Positions 1 through 64,000 of a stretch of DNA of 64,000 bases are shown here, one piece after another. The notes below the pieces were generated by a model. It was not told the DNA's origin. It saw only the letters and a list, made by a program, of their open reading frames with translations, and ran no database searches. The stretch spans positions 8,041,468 to 8,105,467 of the forward strand of contig CM119268.1 in the NCBI GenBank assembly GCA_051294375.1, given 5' to 3'. Origin of the DNA: Paraspadella gotoi (lineage: Eukaryota; Animalia; Chaetognatha). Numbering within the stretch: the stretch's first letter is position 1; every line of letters starts with the position of its first letter. The translations under genes were made by a program, and so were the position numbers.

Positions 1-800
1 TTTGATATTTTAGTTTTTAACTTTGAATTTGTTTGTTTCCATACGTTCTTTGCAACGAGCTTCATCATCAGGCAGATTGAGTCCTTCTGCGACTCTCAGC
101 TGTTCGCGTTGCAGGTGGACGTTTAATCGTTCCGCCCGATTGCGACGTTGGAATTTGGACGCAAAAGTTAATCTGTTTTTCGGACGAAGATTGACGATCA
201 CGAAGATAGCGACGATGATACAGAACATAGAATTCGAGGATGATAGCGACGATGACGAATGATGATGATGACAATGAGAGACAACCACGAGAGCAATGGA
301 GTCGACGACGACGAAGGAGACAAACACAACGACGACAACAACGACAACGAAGCCGATAAAACTGTAAATCTCAAGCTTTAAGTCGATTAGCTCGTGGTGG
401 TCGACAACAAAAAACAAAAAACAAAAAAACAAACGAAAACTTTTGAGTCAGCCATAAAACGACGACGAAGACAACGACAACAACGACAGAAATGAAGCCA
501 ACGAGAACAAAGAGGACAACAACAAAGACAACAACAACAGAAAATAGTGACGAAATAACAACGGAATTCGATGACGAAAACGAATGATCATTCGAATAAA
601 AAGTTGCGCCTGTTTCCGAGAGACAAGACGGATTAGAGAGGGGGCGCTGGAGGCGGCGAGACCGGCGCCATCTCAACCGGAAGTCGGGTGACGCGTCGGC
701 GACACGACCGTCTTTTTTTTCGTGGGCGACACTTCCGCTTCAAGGCGTGACACGGTGGCGTCGGAGACGGAAATCACGGCGCATCTTCTCTCTTCTCACC

Positions 801-844
<44 letters not shown>

Positions 845-981
845 CTCTCTCTCTCTCTCTCTCTCTCTCACGGGCAAAGTCATTTCGATTTTCATTATCT
901 CATTCATCATTCTCCCCTTTTTTTCCATCCTCTTCTCTCTCTACCTTTCCCTCCCCCACTTCCTCCCCCCTTTCCCGGCAG

Positions 982-57267
<56,286 letters not shown>

Positions 57268-57553
57268 TTTTCAACAAATTGACATCTTCATTTATAATTT
57301 GTTAATTTATAATGTTAAATAGTAAAAGAATTAAGCAATTCTTCTTTAAAAAAACGTTTTAACTAATTTTTTTTTCTCGGGTTCTATAGACGTAATGTTT
57401 GAGCTATGTTTAATAATAATAGAGATAATCATGCATTTATTAAAAAATTACACAATATCATATAATGATATATGTATAACAATGCGTCCTACCGGAAAGG
57501 ACTATTCACTCGGCGATGTTTTCGGGGAATCAATTTACAGATCAAGCATTGAA

Positions 57554-59032
57554 TCACAGCTTGCAATGTTTGTCAAAAAAGTCCCAGAAACCAGGATCAA
57601 GCACGTGCTCGGCAGACTTATTTTCTCTGATTGTTTCCAGAGGCGCCTTTTTGCTACGGGCCTTTCGGAAATTTCTCAGCGCCTCTTTGGCGGATTCTGA
57701 AGACTGGGTGAGATCTTTTCTTCGAATCTCCGGCAGCTTCTTCCGTTCGCCCGGCAAACTTGGACCCACATATTCGGGAGGAAGCAAAACGGCGGGCATC
57801 GCGCGCCGTCGAATTATCTCTTTACGGCTGAGTCGGTGAAGGTCTGGCGGCTTAGATTCTGGAAAATATGGAGCAGGAATTAGGCTGGACCCTTTGGCGC
57901 CGATAGAGAAAAAATTTTAGAAATTTTTCAATCGGCGTCACTTTAGTTTTTAATATATCCCCAATATTAAATTAATTTGTATTTCTCGAACTTTCAGTCT
58001 GATTCGAAATCCGTTTAATATTATTTAACTATTATCAATCAATATTTATTATTTTTTAATTTTTTAATATTAATCTTTATACATCAACTGACTCTTATTT
58101 GCTAATGTCGAAGTTTTGCAGCTGCCACGAAATTTTTGGCATAATCATAATAATTTTACTTTCGCTGACTGGGGTTAGGGGGGGTTAAGGGGTAACGGCG
58201 GTTAGGGTTAAGAGGGTTTAGGTTTTAGAGTAATGAGGTAATGTTTTTATTTTAAATAAGTATTTTTAAGCGAGTTTTCAAAGCCCGGCCGGCGAAAGTA
58301 AAATTTTAACAAATTTTGAATCCATGTAAATTGTAATTCTTCTCTCCCTTCTACCTTCGGGAGGTGGCGGTCGAACGAGTCGTCGGCGCATGTTAGACTC
58401 GACGTCTCTCCAATCCATCGTCCGTTCCCTTCGAGGCGGGCGACTCTTGGCGATTCTTTCGGGCGCCGGCTGAGACCGAGACGCGCCATCGTCCGTATGT
58501 TGAGCGCCCGCCTGGCCAATCTCGGAGCACGGTTTCGTCTTCACTTCAGGTCTCCGACCGGTTGGCATTAAACGGAGAGGAGATAATTGCTCTAGCTTCG
58601 CGGCTGATCTCAGGTAAAGCGCCAGGTGATGCTCATGACTGCGATGATGAAGGCAGAATAACCTGACGCGGCATTAAAATTAGTAAACGCCTTAGATAGT
58701 AATGAAACCAACCCGAAAAGTGCGCTCTAGCAAGTTTTATCTTTAATTTCGAAATCTATCTGATGAAGAATAAAATAAATACCATAAACTTAACATTTTA
58801 TAACGAAAGCGTCTCTAAATTGCCCTAGCAACCGCTCCGCCTCCTCGACCCGACATGAACCAACCAAAGAAGGGTCCGCTCTTGGCCCAGCAGCAGCCTC
58901 GAACATCCGCCTCCAAATTAACATAATCGCACGCAGAAGGCTAGCGGCGTCGTCTGCATTGAATCCAAGTACACGTCGACCTCGTGACTTTCCAGAATTT
59001 TCTAGAACATTCGTCCTGTCTTCAACAAAAGG
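57554..59032 (-). CDS. Uncharacterised spliced protein-coding gene
   Basis: Exons 58662-58355 and 57858-57554 join in frame (cag acceptors, gtagaa donor, phase 1), giving LFCLHHRSHEHHLALYLR..RRRLVRPPPPE-ESKPPDLHRLSRKEIIRRRAMPAVLLPP..GFWDFFDKHCKL*. Two further upstream exons (~59032-58804 and ~58756-58710, with ~47-nt introns) are frame-compatible but tentative. No family recognised. Confidence 0.55.
58152..58305. mobile_element. Small MITE (family member 2, opposite orientation)
   Basis: ~22 bp TIRs aattttactttcgctgactggg / cccggccggcgaaagtaaaatt, with internal ggggtta repeats. Confidence 0.7.
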
Positions 59033-60034
59033 CTATCGGGTCATTTCATAACTGGGAGCGGAAAAGAGCCAATCCTATTTGGATAGAAAGGTGTCCAAAC
59101 TAAGACTAATCAGTCCAATTGAAATAGGCTGAAAAAAAATTATGGGCTAAGACGTCCTGAAAAACCCTAAACGAATAAATTCAGAATTTTACAAGACCAT
59201 TTGAACGATAATTTTTATTATCAATTTTACAACTTCTTAATAAAAAGAATTGAGCTGATTGTGGTGGAACAGAAAAGCACAACGGTTCGGATCTACTATT
59301 AGGAACTACAACTAAACCTTAAATAGCTAGCTATACATTCTAGACTAGTTAAATCAGTCTACTATAATTAGTTCCACAAAACTGAAAATCATGTAAAGTA
59401 TATTGAAAATGTTCTGTAAAGGATTAGATCTCAAATGAAACTTGATGAAATTTACAAAAGTCATTTAGTTAACAATAAGGATGGCGAGAAAAAGTTTAAA
59501 TGTTAATGTAACTAAAAGAATTGATAAGGTATGAATAAAAAAGCTAGATAAAACAGAAAAAGGGGGAAAAACTAAAATAAGGATCACCAACTCCAAGGAA
59601 TACGTGGTAAATATATGTTGAACAAAAAATAAACTTTAAAAATCATTTTAGAACACGTATCATGAAGGTGAAGCGAAAACCTATAATTTCTTTACAACTA
59701 ATAAAATTTTTCAAAAGTAAACAAAGCTATATAATACCACAAATCCACATTAAACACCGACGTGGACAATACATTGACTTTTTGGCTTATTTTCCTATAT
59801 CAAATCTACGCTATGATTCGTAAATAAGCAAAAGTAGAAAAGATAAAAGCTTAAGTTTGACAGCTAAATTTAAAAAAGGGGCAAATGGTTGGAATATCCG
59901 CCAGCTTTAAACCATAGTGAACACTGCTATGTAAGTCGCTTGAGTGCTGTCCAGCAATGAAAGATAACAAAAGAAAAAAATCACAATGATATTACGGTTG
60001 GTTTTTTTTTTACAAATTTCCCCCGCGTCGGCGA

Positions 60035-62600
60035 TCAAGCGGCGCAAGTGTTTAACGGGGTCGTCATATTCTTCTTAGGTAACGACGGAAACTCGTCCAA
60101 GGAATTGACGATTTCAGGATCGAGAATTGGCTGTTGTTGCTGCTGCTCTTCTTGCAGATTCTTCAGCTCCAAAGAAGGAGAATATGGCAACTCGGACTGA
60201 TGGGCTTGCTGCTGATGCTGTTCGAGCGGTAAGGGGACGCCCGCCGGGTGGATCTGATGAGCAGGAGAGGGGTAGGGGTAAGGCTGCGGGTGAGGGGCGA
60301 CTTCGCTGGGGAAAGGGACAACGGGGTAATGGAAGAATTGCGGGTAGGCGGCAAACGGCGTCGGGTAGGGCATCGAGGGTGAGAGATAGGGATAGTTTTC
60401 ACGTTCCTGGTTCTCGTCAAAGTTGAGGGAGCCCGACTCGTCCTCCGAATCTTTCTCCGTGATCGGGTCCAGCATCGATGAGAGGTGCTTATATTTGTGC
60501 ATGATGTACAACATTCGCTTTCCTTCCCGGGGTGGAACCTCTTGCGTGTCGCGCGAGAACGTAACCGGTTTAAAATCATTGTTCGCCAGGTAGATGTGAC
60601 GCAAAGCGGAGTTGGGAACGTCCTTAACGTGGGTCCACTTGACACGGAACTGACCGCGGAAACGGTTGTTTGACCAAATTCCGGACTCTTTGTTTAAGTC
60701 CACCCGACTTATCATCTCTGCAATGCCACAGAACTTTCCTGGAGAAAGGAAAAAAAAAGAAAATGTTAAATAGAAAATAATCCTTTAGAATATACTAAAA
60801 TACTAGATCACAAAGTACGTAGATCATTCCCTATAAAATAAAAAGGTGAAAGGTAAAAAGTTTGTGGCAAAAGATAAAGCCGTTATCTCGAGAGGATTCT
60901 TAAAATTTTTTTATAAGGATAGAGACCCGGATCAAAGATCAAGGAGGTTCCTCTCCGCACAGAGCGTCGGGCGCGAACTGGATCAAAGGTAAACCTCAAA
61001 CACGTGGAAATTTTTGGAAACCGAACAATTGTAAAAGGCAATCTAACCCAAGAACTTACCACTGTTGTTAACGCTGAAGAGAAGGATGGTGGGCCCATTG
61101 AGATGGTGATTTTTGTAGGCTAAGTCGATCTTCTTGTTGCCGTGGTCGGTGGAGCACCAGACCCCGTTTTCGATGGAGGCTTTGACGTCTTGTTCGGAAT
61201 TACTCTTGATGATGTAAAATCTGGCGTTGGCGGGATTGACGTCATAATCAGGGGGATTGAAGCCGAACTCGGCGGGCATCGGGGAACTCCCGCAAGGAGA
61301 TCGAACGTCGTTACAATCTGAGCGCGAAAGAGGGAAAGAGGATTTATGGTCAATCGTCGCGGAAGAGATTTTGAGATGGTACTTAATTCAGAAAATGTTA
61401 TTTCATAAACTAAATTGTTATTAGTAGAATGTGTATTATTTATATTTTTTCTGAAAATTCTACGCGTATAACTGGACAAACGGACAAAGGGATGCAAAAC
61501 TGAAAACAAAAGATGTTTTTTTCAAAATCTGGAAAAAACAATTTACAATATTTAATCTGTGTCCAAACATTCATAAACCAATCCAACCACAACATGAAGT
61601 GAAATAAAATATAAAAAAAATTTTAAACTATATCTTTTATAAAAAATTAAGATTCAGAAAATAATTTTTTTTGATAATGTTTTTTTCACTTTAACTATGT
61701 TTACGTCTTAGATGTGCGAATCTTCCTTTTCCGAATATTTTAAATTTAAAGTCAAAGGATTTAAAAAGAAGACTTCACAAGCCAATGAATAAAAAAAAGA
61801 TTACACTCACCAGAAGCAGGATCTCCAGAGTCGGATGACCATTCCAAGTAAGTAGGCGAAGAGGAGAGGCTGTTGTTCATCCTCGGATCACCATGATCGC
61901 TCCCCTCCCTCCGGAAATGCTGCCGCGTCTGCGGGCAATTTCTTACGACATGCCCGAACTTGAGACAGTGAAAACACTGCTTGTCGCTTGCTACCTCCCC
62001 GCAGTTGCGCGCCAAATGTCCCGGACGTCGACAGTTGTAACATTCCTTGACGGTCGAGCACGCGCCCGTCGGAGCGGGTCGAGGCTGATTAACGTGGCGA
62101 TGATAAAAAGGTTGGCCCACGAATGTCGGGACTGGCTGGAAGATGGGGTAAGCGTAGGTGACGTTGGGATGGGACATTTCCGAACTCGTCGGAACGCAGG
62201 GAACTTCCCACGTGGCCGGCGGATAGTGAACTACGGGCATCTCCGGATTGTAGGCGTGCACCGGATAAGGATACCCTGGCCACGGCATTGACGCCATTTC
62301 ATGTGGGTAGTAAAATTCGGCGGGTTCCGGAGGAGTGTCGGCGGGGGGAATTTCGCTGGTGTAGTACATGGGATGAAAAATCATAGGATCTTCTTGGAGG
62401 TCGGCTGGAGCCTGGTTATTGCAGGGTTCGTCCACCGTCAGGGCTTGAATTTCTTCGATTAATCGGGATTCATCCTCTTCGAAGCCAGGTGAAGACGCCG
62501 CATTAGATTCTTCAATCTCCGGTTCCACGCCGCTTTCGATATCTTCCACGCCGGGAGCGGCCAAAGCCGGATCATCTCGTCTATTTTCCGAAAAAGTCAT
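60035..62600 (-). CDS. YTH-domain (YTHDF-type) RNA-binding protein with two N-terminal CCHC zinc knuckles; exons 62600-61811, 61317-61060, 60738-60035; 583 aa
   Basis: Canonical gtgagt and gtaagt donors with cag acceptors join in phase 1. The YTH domain reads ARFYIIKSNSEQDVKASIENGVWCSTDHGNKKID..LLFSVNNSGKFCGIAEM..GIWSNNRFRGQFRVKW..KDVPN..LRHI..KPVTFSRDTQEV. The knuckles CYNCRRPGHLARNC and CFHCLKFGHVVRNC lie at 61935-62042. Confidence 0.92.
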
Positions 62601-64000
62601 TTTTTGTTTGGTGACGATCGAGTTACCCAGATTTAATGATATTCGATGAGAACTCTACGAAGGTTGGGCGACGAATTAACTTCGTCGTGAGATTTTCCGC
62701 GTAAAAATATACTCCTTTCCAACGCTGACGCAACCTTCTCGCAACCCAGAGTACACGAGACGAAATGAGCTGAGGATAGAAAGAGAGAGTCGCTTCAAGG
62801 TTATGCTATATAAGCGGGAATGCTCTTTCTTTCGAGGAGAGCCCGGTTTTTGCGTCAGCATCAGCGACATCTGCGGACCACATTGTCGAGACCACGAGGG
62901 AAACACGAGGATAAATCGAGCGAAATCCTCATTGACGAGAAGAAAAGAGGCGGAAGAGGGGAAAGGAAGAGGCGCAGGCCAGCAGCGACGGAGCAGCGAT
63001 CATTATGCAAAATTTTATAAACTAGGTTCGGATAAATAGGGATTATTGACAATAAGCCGGAGTTTTCATAAAAGGAAACTAACTATAAACTCGTGAAAAA
63101 GAAGGACGGAGGATTTCTGTAGTCTTTCTCAACATAAAGTTCAGTAGATATTTTAAAATATTGGAGTGAAAGAGCGAAATAATTTAAAGACACGTGGAAC
63201 AAGGGCTTGTCCGGACCAGATCAAGCTCGGATTGCGTCAGCATTTCCACAACATCTCCCGAGCAAAAAAGATAGAAATTGCAATAAATGCCAACTCATGG
63301 GCGATGACGTGTTAGATTGCGACAAGAATAGAAAGTGAGTCATCCTCGACAGAATCACCGCGGAAAAGAATAGCTTTTCATTGCCACGTGGCTTTACCGT
63401 GTGTTAGGTTATATCTTAAACCTTAATTAGTTAAGAAGATCAACTTTAGGATCAAACAGAAAAGATGTTAAGATTTTACAAAAAAGACATAACAGTGATT
63501 GGACTTCCTTATTATATACTCTCGGCTTAACTAAAAATATTTTTTNNNNNNNNNNTTACAAAAAACACATAACAGTGATTGGAATTCCTTATTATATACT
63601 CTCGGCTTTACTAAAAATATTTTTTATACTCGATAATCATACTATCTCACGTCTAAAGATCCTCGTTTGTTCACTCAAAATTTGTAATGCCGAGAGCTCC
63701 ACTCCAATGTGCATGTTTATTAGCGCAAGGATGTAGGCAAAAATACTTTGATGCAAAAATAAATTTGTTTTCTGATACGTACTAAAGGTTTTAAACAAAA
63801 TTCACTTCAGTAACCAGCAACCAGCAAAATGTCAGACAAAACACTAAAAGGAAAAAGAAAAGTTAAAGGCCAAGAAAAGGGAAAGTATTTCGACATCAAT
63901 GGCACGAGGTCCGTTGATGAAATATGGCAACGGGTTCATTGCATTTACGACTTGTTCATGCTAAACTTGCTAAACTAAAGAAAAACACGCAGTCAAAATT

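Noticed and set aside
23-262. Possible terminal exon of an upstream gene (..EFEDDSDDDE*)
   Set aside because: An acceptor-like ttgcag is present, but there is no recognisable motif and the region grades into (ACA/ACG)n low-complexity sequence; it cannot be supported.
58760-58815. CTGATGA...CGAAA hammerhead-like spacing
   Set aside because: No convincing stem I pairing and a poor stem II; overlaps predicted intron sequence of the orphan gene.

Overview
This is eukaryotic (metazoan-type) genomic DNA from a draft, partly unpolished assembly. It has AT-rich introns, many (GA)n and (TTTC)n microsatellites, and several N gaps. A 16-exon DCAF6/NRIP-type WD40 gene runs on + from 982 to 57267; its ATG exon was not identified. 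An intronless PIAS-family SUMO E3 ligase gene (53263-55182) lies inside one of its introns on the same strand. Downstream on the minus strand are an uncharacterised spliced gene (~57554-59032) and a 3-exon gene (60035-62600) encoding a YTHDF-type m6A-reader domain fused to two CCHC zinc knuckles. Much of 6-45 kb consists of tandem re-copies of DCAF6 intron/exon sequence: a ~4.75 kb unit twice and a ~10.3 kb unit about three times. These copies most likely reflect haplotype or long-read assembly artefacts. Non-autonomous elements are also present: HINE/DINE-1-like repeats, MITEs, palindromes, a decayed hammerhead-like motif and a TIR element inserted in a (GA)n tract. All family assignments come from remembered motif similarity, not from database searches.
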